The translations under genes and the position numbers were made by a program. A model generated the notes under the pieces. That model had not been told where the DNA came from and ran no database searches. It was given only the letters and a program-made list of their open reading frames with translations. From contig NW_005434626.1 of the NCBI RefSeq assembly GCF_000315625.1, positions 321,448 through 385,447 of the forward strand: a DNA stretch of 64,000 nt. Direction: 5' to 3'. Positions 1-10,593 of this stretch are shown piece by piece. Every line of letters starts with the position of its first letter. The first letter of the stretch is position 1. Origin of the DNA: Guillardia theta CCMP2712. Taxonomy: Eukaryota; Protista; Cryptophyta.

Positions 1-689
1 TCTCTGACCTCCTTGCCGTCATGGTAGTAGAGATTCTCATTCCTTTCCTCTCCTCCCTCCCCGTTCCGTTGGCCTCCTTTCTCTATCCATCCCTTCCTCC
101 CTCTTCCCCTCCCTCCCCCTCCCTCCCTCTTCCCCTTCACTTATCGTGGCATCCTCTTCCTCCCTGTCTCAGCAGCCAAGAGCTGATGCTTTTCTCCTCC
201 AGGTGGTCTTGGAGGTGGAGGGGATCTCGCTCGAGCAGTGGGCGGGATACTACGAGGACCTTCCTTCCATCATGACCAAAGTTCTCGTCAAGGACCGCAA
301 CGCCATCAAGGTCTGTGAACGCTGCTTGGATGGAGGACACGTGGAGGGATGGAGGAAGGGAGGAGGAGGAGGAGGAAAGGAGGAAGAGGATGGCGGGAGG
401 ATGGAAGGAGGAGTGAAGCCTGTGTACAGACGACCAAAGACGAGCAGCGCGTTACTGAGCCCAAGGAGCTTCAGGATGCTGTTGACGCCGCCGTCAGCAA
501 GGTGGAGCAAGGACGATGCTTTGTCCGCCCGTCAGGTACCGAGGACTGCGTGAGAGTCTACGCAGAAGCAGGGAAACAAGAGACAGCCAACAAGCTCGCT
601 GAAGACGTTGGGACTGATATCACTTTCCCTTCGCTCTAATCTCACTACTGACGCAGGTTGGCGAACATGTGAAGCGCATTCTTGGTTGA
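1..689 (+). CDS. PGM3: Phosphoacetylglucosamine mutase, 3' part (4 exons; 5' end outside window)
   Basis: Spliced exons 1-23, 203-310, 430-606, 657-689 read SDLLAVM/VVLEVEGISLEQWAGYYEDLPS..VKDRNAIK/TTKDEQRVTEPKELQDAVD..GRCFVRPSGTEDCVRVYAEA/VGEHVKRILG*. FVRPSGTED.VRVYAEA is the PGM3/AGM1 C-terminal signature. Confidence 0.92.
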
Positions 690-772
690 ACATGAAAACT
701 AACTTGTTGAGATCGAATAAACCCCTTTATTCCTACAAGCTCTTCTCAGAGGATTTTGTCCATCTGATCTGT

Positions 773-1085
773 TTAGTAGACTCCGTAGCCGTGGACGTTG
801 TACTGCAAAAGAAACGTCAGAAATTGCCTCCCTTCGCTGCAGCCGTTCAGCACTCACGTTGGGCCAGCTGGACCAGTCGACGGGAACCCAGGTGGTGTGA
901 GCCTGGGGGTTGAAGGATCCGGAGGAGGGATCAGACTCGTAGGGGTGGATGGTCACAGCAGGGTTGCCATCGGTCTGGAGGAAAGCGCCCCATGGCTCGT
1001 CGGCCTTGTACCAGTTGCCGGAGGCCTTGGTGTCGTACATGGAGTACGGGTCGTTGCGGAGGAAGTGGATGGGGGCGAAGATCAT
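773..1085 (-). CDS. Small (85 aa) W/Y/P/D-rich hypothetical protein, one intron (803-857)
   Basis: ATG at 1085; canonical GTGAGT...TTTTGCAG intron gives ...WSSWPN/YNVHGYGVY*; codons are strongly C/G-ending. Confidence 0.6.
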
Positions 1086-1479
1086 CCTGAGAGGAGCAAG
1101 TCAGTCAGGGAAATCTTGCTGCACGGCAGATTGATGCATCATAGTCAACGCATTATCAAAACTGAATATATAAAATGGACAGTAGAGAGAATGAATGGAT
1201 TGAAACAGATGATGTTAGTGAGGATGTTGAGTTGTAACAAACCAACTATGCACAAATAATCCTTCCATTTTTGGAGATGTGAACAACATTCCAATGCCAA
1301 AAACATTCCACCAACACGAAGAGTGCACAGAACAGGAGCAGCAAGAAGAGACTCATCTCAGCATAGCATTGAAAATTTCAGCAGCAACAGAGGAAGCGCC
1401 ATGTCCATTTCGTTCTCCGTGTCTGCCGCCATCGTACCTGCTGGGTAGTGGGCGAAGAGGCACCACGCGGCTTTTGACA

Positions 1480-1890
1480 GAGGGGGAACCACCCCCAACC
1501 ACCACCCCAACACACTACCCTACCCTGACATCTTACCTTCCTTTTCCTTGTGTGTACCCCTGTTCCGAGCTTATAGAAGTATCACCCCCTAACTCCGAGG
1601 CTCTGAGAGGACCTACCCCACCCCCATAATTGGCCTTTGAGTGATACATCTCGGAGCCTGAGTTATGACCACCTCCCCCTTGCCTGGACTACCCCCGGCA
1701 ACTTCTGGTACAATTCTGGCTACCCGTACAATTCATGATCACCCGGTTATTGCTCATGAAACTACTCACCGGAAGACCACAGAAGAACTTTGAAAGCGGG
1801 GGGTAGGAGGGATAGTCTGAAGGCAAGGGGGTGCCATCTAGACTTCTTAGGATGTAGATGGGGGTAGGGTAGTGGTCTGGGGTCACTATT
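1480..1890. repeat. Degenerate ACCCC (left half) / GGGGT (right half) motif array
   Basis: Dense TACCCC/CACCCC followed by GGGGTA/GGGGTG words in a non-coding divergent intergenic region. Confidence 0.6.
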
Positions 1891-2129
1891 AGCAGTGGAA
1901 GGAAACGAGAAGTTCAGCACATGACATTCTCACCAAAAGTTCATGAAAAGAAGCTTTTGCAAGTTCACTGTTCCTCTCAATTGTTCGTCTCGACTCCGCA
2001 AAGTTCAGGATCAAAAGATCATCTTTCGGCAAAAGTTCATGTTCTTGTTGTCTCTTCGGTCGCCGCCGGGTCTAGAAGAGACATCGTGCCAGCCTCAGTT
2101 ACGCTGCCGCCGTTATCTGAAGAAGTAAC

Positions 2130-2580
2130 GGTCAAATCGCAGCCTTCAAGTGACTCGGATTTCGAGCCTGAGCCGGCGCCGCGGCGGCAGGCGGCCGCGC
2201 GGCCGGGCCCCGGGCGGTCGCAGGCCCGCGGCGGCTAGTTTTGAACTTGAACGCTCCCCCCCTCCCTCCGGGCCCGGAGTCACGGCGGCGTGACCCGGCC
2301 CGGAGCCCCCCGCCCACTGGCATAGCGAGCCGGGCCGCGCCGACTGCGGCTCCCGACTCGAGTCCCGGTCACGGCCTTGCGGCGCACTGCCGGCCTATCC
2401 AACTAACAGTCCGACAGTGACGGTGACCGTACGCGGCGGCGTTTCAAAACGGTTTCAATCACCGATCATCATCGGATCTGATTCGAACTTGGCCCGGACT
2501 CCGGACCCGGGCCGGCCGCGCCGCGCCGGGGCTCCGACACAGGGTCATGATGAGCCCCGGAACGTGTCAAAAATCCGGCG
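2130..2580. other. GC-rich micro-palindrome block (CCGG/GGCCC, GACTC/GAGTC, GTGAC/GTCAC vocabulary)
   Basis: e.g. ggccgggccccgggcgg, cccgactcgagtcccggtcacgg, cagtgacggtgaccg; no credible ORF. Confidence 0.6.
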
Positions 2581-2814
2581 AAACTTGATGCAGTATAAAC
2601 CTCGTACAGAAATAGTGTAGTAATCCTAGATGGAGGGTCTTCTACATATATAAAAGTTGAAAACCAGCCAATTACCCTCCAGGAAATACAAATAAACATG
2701 ATTTATTGAGTAAACTTATTGTTAGAAATTGTTTTTGACTGAAAATTGAAACCCCAGATTTTGCCGTCATTGGTAAAATCAAAGTCCAGGTACCGGTGGC
2801 TCTTCGCAAGCGGC

Positions 2815-4408
2815 ATGCAGCGGGTGGCGATCGGGGCGGGGGCAGCCATTGTGGCGATGGCGACGCTCCTGCTGATCTCTGTAAGTGAAGTGAAGAGCAT
2901 GCGACACTCTTTCATGTAGCATGTCGCATGTCCAAGTTGCAAGCTCCAGAGGACATCCTTGACTGTGCTGAATGTTTGAAGGGGTGCCTTGAACGATACT
3001 TGTGTTGCTCGTCGATGTGTAGATGGGGTGGGATAGGAAGTCATGTCTTGTGAGAATATTACCCTTCGATGACTGTTATTGTCATGAATGTGGATCCTAT
3101 TTTGTTCCAGTTAACATGAACAATTTTGAATCGTACTAGTTGTGTCTGTTACCTGCCGTGAGAGCTGTAATGGCTGCTTTGGTGAAAAAAGAAAAGATGC
3201 TTGTTGTATATATCAACTACGACTCAGTGTGCTGATTGAACGTCATTGTTCTTGTCTTGGAGGACTAAGATAGTTTGGTCCCTCGTACTCTTCATTCTTT
3301 CCCAGACAGTGTTTGCATGGCAAACGTCATGAGACATGTTGTGCGTGCATGATTCATACCAACTTGAGTTAGGTTGTGATGATGATATCATCATCAATGG
3401 ATGTTATGTGCTCACATGTCCTTCTTGTCTCTCCCTCTGTTCATATCTTGACCACCTCCACAAGAAAACTCCAGTTTACTGATGCTGTTGTCTATGCAGT
3501 ACGGGAAGCCAGCAGTTCTGGAGCAGGATCAGGCTGGCTACAGAGTATTTTTGCAGCCCAACTCCAACGCTGGAAGAACGCAGATGCTTCCCATGATGAA
3601 CGGATATCCCATGCCGCACACCATTGTGCAAACTGCTCCCTATGTTCCCCCTCAGCAGACCATTCGTCCAGTCTTCAACGTGATCCCCAACCCGGGATCT
3701 GCAGATGCTCTCAGAAGGCTGCAAGACGAGATGGCTACCCAAAGACTTGCCTTCTCTCAGCTGAAGGAGAACCTGGGATACGTCCGCCAGGTGGTTGACG
3801 GGCTCAAGGCCGAACTTGCGCTGCAGACAAGCGGAAAGAAGGCTGTAACGTTCAAGGATCTTGCCCGCCTCAAGAAGTACATCGACATCAACAGAGCCTC
3901 CGTCAAGACTCTGCAGGATAAGTCCCGTGAGCTCGACTTGCAAGTCCGCCAGCTCCAGGCCTCCAAGAACCGACCAGGACCCCAGGGACCTCCGGGTCCT
4001 CAGGGTGAGACGGGAGCACCAGGTCCACGTGGAGAGCCAGGTAGGAAGAAGCTGGAGCTAGGGGGAAGAGGGGGTGACTTGGAGTGCAGGACGTGAGGGT
4101 ATCCAGGGACCACCCGGACCAGCGTTCTCTGCTGCTGAGAGAGATGCGATTCGCAAGGCGATCGGAGTGCTCAAGCGGGTGGGAGCGGAGAAGGTAGCGA
4201 CGGTGGAAGAGGGAGACGAGTCCCCAGAGGGATCTGACGGAGCTGATAACGAGGTGAGAGATGAGAGGGAGAGTGAGGGAGAAAGTTGAGTCATGCTCTG
4301 CAGGAGGCAAAGAAATCCGAGGCTTCGGAGTCTAAGCTGAAGCAGAAGAGCACGAAGAAGCAGGAGTGGGGAACTTTGTTGAACCAGCTTAAGAAGCGCC
4401 TCGAATAA
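2815..4408 (+). CDS. Signal-anchored/secreted coiled-coil protein with a short collagen (Gly-X-Y) segment
   Basis: Exon 1 MQRVAIGAGAAIVAMATLLLIS followed by GTAAGT; large exon 3501-4041 has a heptad coiled coil and GPQGPPGPQGETGAPGPRGEP, continued after an intron by GREGIQGPPGP; last exon ends QLKKRLE* at 4408. Internal small exons uncertain. Confidence 0.7.
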
Positions 4409-4599
4409 GTTTTCTCAGTGTTTCTCCTTTTCTCTTTCTTCTCCTCGATGATTTGACATCTCATAACAAAATCAATAAACTTCACTGTGTGTGCAGCAGA
4501 ATGGCCTTATGTGAGAAGAGTACTGCTACATTCAAGTAATCGCCAAAAAAAATTAAATCGGACGGGAGAATTTCAGCTATCCGAGTCTAATGTTACACT

Positions 4600-6109
4600 C
4601 CTAGAGAGAATATCCTACTGCATACAGTCAGTCCACAGCCTCCGCCACTTCCCTTTCCCTTCCTCCCACCTACCCTCCCACCCACCCTCCCTCTGTTTTC
4701 CCTCAGGTCTCCCGCCGTCCTTCTCCTCCCCCATCCATCTCTGCTCACCATCCTCTGGCGGAAACTCATGATGGAATGACTGCAGCAACAAGTCAGTCCA
4801 CACCAGCCCTCCTCCTCCTGTGCCTCCTCTACCTTCTCATGAGGGAGACGGAGAGTTGAAGGGGTCCGGCGGCTCTGCCAGCCGATTCAGGGAAGAAGTT
4901 TCGAATCGTCTTCCTCTTCTAACGCTGGCACCCTCCACCTACTTCCCTCCACCTCCTTCCCTCTTCCTCCTTCCCTCTTCCTAATCCACATCCTCCTGCC
5001 CAACTCCTTTCTCCTCCGCCCTGCCCCTCCTCCCTCACATGGTAGATGGGAGTGCCTTCCAACACCGGCGACATGGCACGGATGGGCGAGTCGCTCCCTG
5101 GGGTTGGCTTAGTTAAGTTAGTTTCTCTTCCTCCGTCGCCCTCACCCCCGACACTCTGCGCATCTGGATTGGTGGCCTGCCGAGCATGTAAGGAGGAGAG
5201 CAGGCGTAAGGAAAACAGGGAGGAAGAGGAGGAAGAGAGAGGAAGGAGGAGGAGGAGGAGGAGGAGGAGGAGGAGGAGGAGGAGGAGGAGATACCTGTAC
5301 GTAGGCAAAATTATTCCGCATGTGCGCCTTAAGACGTTCGAGGAGAACCTGCAAAGGTCATGAGGGGAGGGGAAGGAGGAGAAGGAGAGAGTGAGGAAGG
5401 GGAGGAGATGGTTACTTGGATGGCAGCGATATTTCTTCCGCCAAAGGGGATGATGACGTCGGCAAACTGAAATAACGATGAGCGAGGGAGTGAATGACAA
5501 CGGAGGATGGAGGCGCGGAAAGATGTAGGACGAGCAAAGTACGAGGCAGGAAGAGGAGGGCGATTGGCATCAAGCTCTCACTTGTTTTGAAGGCTCGACA
5601 AAAGCATCATGCATGGGCTTGACAGTATCAAGATACTGAAATTATGTTAGCCATTATCATCATGGCTCTATTTCCCTCCCTCTCTCCCTCATTTTCTTTG
5701 CTTCTCCTCCCCTTCGATCCTCTTTTCACCTGATGCACGATCGAGTGGAAGCATCTCCCTCTCTCAACCCTGCGGTAGGAATGAGGAAAGCAGAGAAGAG
5801 AAGATAGAGAAGAAAATAGAGGAAAAGTGGTGGTGGAGGAGGAGGTGGAAGAGCAGGAGCAGGAGCAGGAGATATGCAAAATACATGTCACGATCAATGC
5901 GACGGATGATTCGACGATCAGCCTCGACGTCAACATAGACTTTCAAGTTCATCTGCAAACAGAGTGAGTGAAACAAGAAGAAACTGTAACTTGATCTCTT
6001 CACATGATTCCGAAGGACTTGTTCGTAGAGGATAAGAATTCCTGATTCACCATTGTACATCAGCTGAGATTGAACGAGAAATTAATGGAGTAGATGATGA
6101 TGATGATCG

Positions 6110-6149
<40 letters not shown>

Positions 6150-7148
6150 ACACCCAGAAAGCCCGGGGGCTTACCTTCAACCAGGATGATGGGCCGAGGT
6201 TCTATCAGGAGCGTCTCGTTCTGAATCATCGTCATCGTCCTCGCCAATTTTTGTTATCAACTTTCACCGTTTTACGGAGGTGCGTAGCAAAGTCGTAGAC
6301 AGGAGCGCGGACGGCAGTACCGTTGATGAGCTCCTGCACAGGTTGCAATCAGGAAAACAAGAGGGGGTTTCTGATTTGTGAACTTTGCTTGTCATAATTC
6401 AGAGGGAATGAGGTCAACATAGAGGAGGCTGGATATCACAACCATGACACTGCGCGGAGAAACATGCGAGGTCTTCTCATAGACATGCTGACCTGCAAGT
6501 GTTGTACCATCAGCTCCGTTTCCAGACTGTCAGGATGATCGAAATTGATGTTGTCGCGTTCTTCTACAGTAAGGTGGGGGCGGTGGCGATAGTAGTTGTC
6601 GTGGGACAACACAGCAACGTTTTCCTGCACATATTGTGTGAACATACACTTCTCAATGCTCCTCCCTTCTCTCTTCCTCTCCTCATCCTCTTCCACCCTC
6701 TCCAAAATCTCTATCCCTTCAAACTATTTCCTATCATCCGCCAGCACCTTCCTTCTTTCCCTCCCTCCCTCCCTCCCTCCCTCACCTTTCCCAGGTGCTC
6801 CACTATCACGTCCATGATCGTCGTCTTCCCGCTTCCGCTTCCTCCTGCGATACCGACGACAAGAGGCTTCCCGTCCCTGTGGTCGGGGATGTAGCTCTGC
6901 AGGAACTGCATGCACCCTGCCTTGTACCCCTCTATCCAGAACGTGGACTTCGACCTCCTCAGAGTCCCCTGCTGCTCTTCCCTCTGCATCTCAGCGCTCG
7001 CCTCCTGCACATGGCGGCAGATCGAATCTCCTCGCTCTTGTGAGGGTTTCTTCGTCAAGGGCATCTGATGATTCTCGACGACTCCAGCATGGGAGAATTC
7101 CAGCATCAATGCCGCAAAGACGGTCGCAATGTAAGCGCCTTTCCACAT
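4600..7148 (-). CDS. Uridine kinase family protein with N-terminal hydrophobic leader (multi-exon; 3' end approximate)
   Basis: VVGIAGGSGSGKTT P-loop, SHDNYY, NFDHPDSLE, PVYDFATH, IILVEG, LKVYVDVEADRRIIRRIDRD, ERGR, TVKPMHDAFVEPSK: the complete UK motif series. Confidence 0.92.
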
Positions 7149-7824
7149 GGTATGCCCGTGTGCAGCGATGGGATGAAGCAGGCAAGACACGGTAACGGGA
7201 AGCTTCTTCTTCTTCTCCCTCCTCCTCCTCCTGGTCAGGCCTCGAAAACTGATCAAAACTCACAATATTGATGTTGGTCAATTGTTCGAGAACGACATCC
7301 TGTACACAAGTTCAGTGTGAGAGAGAACCAACATTTGCACGGATTCTATTTCACTTTGTCTCCCATCGTTTATCCCGCCCTGCGTATTCATACCGTCTAC
7401 CATGAGCAGCTATAACTCGAGCCAAGGCACACCCTTCGCCACAAGTTTTGTGAGCAATACAAAATTGGTTCTCCGAGGATACAAGTTTTCTCTTCACCAT
7501 TACCTCTTGAAAATTTCATTGAATCTCCCTCACTCATCACAATCCCTATAAACAGTTTCCTCCTTCCTCGCCGTGTATCACTTTCCCCCGCCCTCTCTCC
7601 GCACCACCTTCCGGATCGACTCTTATCCCAATGAACTTCACTGCCCGTCTCACTCGCTCCCTTCTCCTGTACTTTCCCTCCTCCTCCCATTCTTCACTGC
7701 ATCTTCATTCCGCCCCCCCTTTCCATTCTCCATTTCCTCTCTCCCCTCGCGCACCCGCGTCTTCCTGCTTCCATCGTTCCCTCCTCAAATCAGCCATGGC
7801 GGCCGGAATCAAAAGTGTTCCCAC

Positions 7825-8140
7825 TTGGTAGGGTGGGTCACTACCCCTACCATCTCATGATCTTTACTTGACCTAGGTATACAGGGGTACAATATAGCAA
7901 CATGGTCACTGAAAGGGGTAGGGGCAAAGGGTTGCCCTACTGCAGAAAGGGGTGGACGTAGGAGCTAAGGTGGGTACGGGTAATGTTTACCAATGTTCAT
8001 TCTCTTTGTGGAGGGTGGGGTCATGTACCCCTACCAACAAAATCCCGCAAAACCACCACCCTGAATTCAGTCCAGTCCGCCTCAGATGAGTACCCACCCT
8101 TCCTCACTGAAATGCAGCTAAGGAGTAGGGGTAGGTAGTT
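7825..8140. repeat. GGGGT/ACCCC motif array in divergent promoter region
   Basis: ggggtac, ggggtagggg, gggtggggtc, tacccctacc, gtacccaccc, ggggtaggtag. Confidence 0.55.
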
Positions 8141-8273
8141 CGGTGATCAGTGATGTTTTAGGGATCAAGAGACATGGTGCGGGTCAGCTAGGTAGAAACC
8201 TTGAAGGATGGGAGGGAGAGGGAGAGGCAGCAGGGAGAGGCAGCAGGGAGAAGGGAGAAGGGAGAAGGGAGAA

Positions 8274-8363
8274 GGCAGCAGGCAGCAGGCAGCAGGCAGC
8301 AGGCAGCAGGCAGCAGGCAGCAGGCAGCAGGCAGCAGGCAGCAGGCAGCAGGCAGCAGGCAGC
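8274..8363 (+). repeat. (GGCAGCA)n 7-bp tandem repeat, ~13 copies
   Basis: Directly visible perfect repeat. Confidence 0.95.
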
Positions 8364-8499
8364 TCGGAAGGCAGCAGGCAGCTGAGGGTCAGCAGCGCTG
8401 ATTGGCAGTACGGTAGCAGGCACGCAGCAGGTGCTACTGACTCAGTGAGCAATCATTGAATTGTCTCCGTCCGAGTCCTCCTGCGGTGAGAAGGTTTTC

Positions 8500-10134
8500 A
8501 ATTAGGGATGTTCCGCGTGTTCAAAGTGTGGTAGACTAGTGGCTGAAATAATGATGATAGCGCGCCTGGAGAGGAAGGCAGGGAGGCAGGGAGGCATTCT
8601 AAGGGAGGTGGATTCATGGATCGCGGGCAGCCTACTCGGAGAAATAACACTTGTGATGATTCCAGGAGCCAGGCATTCTCCGTAAGAAATCATCTTTATC
8701 ATACCACTGAGGTCAAAAAGGAGACGGGCACTGAAGACTCTCCCATGGGACAGAAAGTGTCTTGGACACAAGAATGATCGCGGGTTGGATTCTGCGACTT
8801 TGCCCGCTGAGCGACTCCGCAATGTTCCCAGCAGCGCCGTGACATGTTTGTGGGCTCTCAATCTTGAAAGTGACAGGAAGGTTAGAAAGTGCAACAACAA
8901 TCGCTAGCGCACGTCCCCGATGTTCATCAAGGGATACGACTTGACCTACCTCTTCAGCTCGTGGACTGCCAAGCACACAGCTGGTACAATCTTGACAGCT
9001 TCCATCTTCTTTTCCCTCGCCCTTGTTCTCAGCCCCATATTCCTTGGGTACGCCTTGCCCAAGTGCTCTTCACCCACTCTCCCATGCCGCATCGATGCGG
9101 CTGGCTGTCTCTGCAGCATCATGAGCGCCGATGGCTCTTGCTGGCAGCGGCTGCCGCAGGCCTTGCGGTGCTACACCAGCACCATGTCAGTGACGTCCGG
9201 AGCATGCAAGGGGAATTATGAGACCAAACTCTGTGCCGAGAGCCAGCTGGACGCAGACTTGTCCCTGGAGGCGTTGGCGCAAGGGGTCACCTTGCTGAAC
9301 CCTTTCACTGCAGGAGTCTGCAACGCTACTTACAACATGGAGAACGATCGATGCAGGTGAAGACGAGCTTGCTGCTGTCAGCTCCTGAGTAGTTTGATCA
9401 GCATGCCCAACGCTCGATATGACGCGAGCACTTTCGACTACCTGCAGTGCTGCAGGTCACCCGTAGCGACATGCGTCAACGACAACGACTGTTGCAACTG
9501 CGGCCTGGTGAGCTACTGGCAGTACATGAGCGTCTCTTTGTAACATAGCACAATGCAGGAGAGTTCGAAATGCAAGACTAAGTTGAGATGTGTTGTGACC
9601 AGCAAAGGAATCAATGGGACAACGGAAAGCAGCACAGAATGTTTGTCTACAGAAGACGGTGAGATCGAAAGAATCTTATTTCTTGCGTTGTGTGCATACT
9701 GACAGGAGGGTGTTCAAGCTTGCGTCTGGTTTCAGTATCAAGGATGCAGCAACAACGCCGAAATTTGTGACAGTACCCAGAAAGTGATCAATGTGTACGA
9801 TCCCAAGAATTCGGAATGGTTGCCTTGAATTCCTCACATACATGTTGATAATTTACTGTTGCAACACACAGTTGTGCCAACACGACGTGTGTGTCCGCCA
9901 AGACTCAAGAGATAACGGTGCTCGAGAACAAGATCAACGATCTCAGTGTCGCGTACGACATCGCCAAGAACGATGGTCTCAACACTGCCAACTCCCTCGC
10001 CGCGGAGCTCGCAGCTGCCCAGACGCAACTGGATCAAATTCTGCGAATCATAAACTGCCGTAGCCAGTGTCAGGTGAGCGATGATTGGGCCAGATTCCTC
10101 GTCCGCCTCCACCTCCTGATTCTCTTCCTCCTCG

Positions 10135-10165
<31 letters not shown>

Positions 10166-10556
10166 TGGGTTTCGCTTTCCTCCTCCTCTACCGCCAGTCG
10201 CTCGTCTTGACGTCGTTCCTTGCATGACGATGGCACCATCAGGCTGGCAACGCCCTCACTGGCTGCCCCTGCATCGATCAGAAGGCTGGCTGCTTCCGCA
10301 AGATGTGCATCGCCACCTCTGACTACTTCAAGTACGGAGGGGTTGAAACCTACTTGCGTTCCTTGGGAGCCATCAATACCAAGGTGGAAATCTCCTCCTC
10401 CTCCTCCTCCTCCTCCTCCTCAGCCTGCTGTCATTCCCTCCACACATCCTGCTTTCTTTCTCCTCTGTCTTGTGCCTGACTTGAGAGCAGGTCTGTTACA
10501 ACAACGACTGCAATCAGGGAATGTTCCAGGAGTGGGCTGCCAGGACTGAACTGTGA
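8500..10556 (+). CDS. Cys-rich single-pass membrane protein of unknown function (multi-exon; start uncertain)
   Basis: TM segment ILTASIFFSLALVLSPIFLGYAL followed by Cys-rich exons (QCCRSPVATCVNDNDCCNCG; GCPCIDQKAGCFRKMC), a short coiled coil (ITVLENKINDL..LAAAQTQLDQI) and a final exon VCYNNDCNQ..ARTEL* at 10556. Confidence 0.65.
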
Positions 10557-10593
10557 GAGCTCGAGCGTTGAAGAGGAGGGAGGAGGAGGGAGC

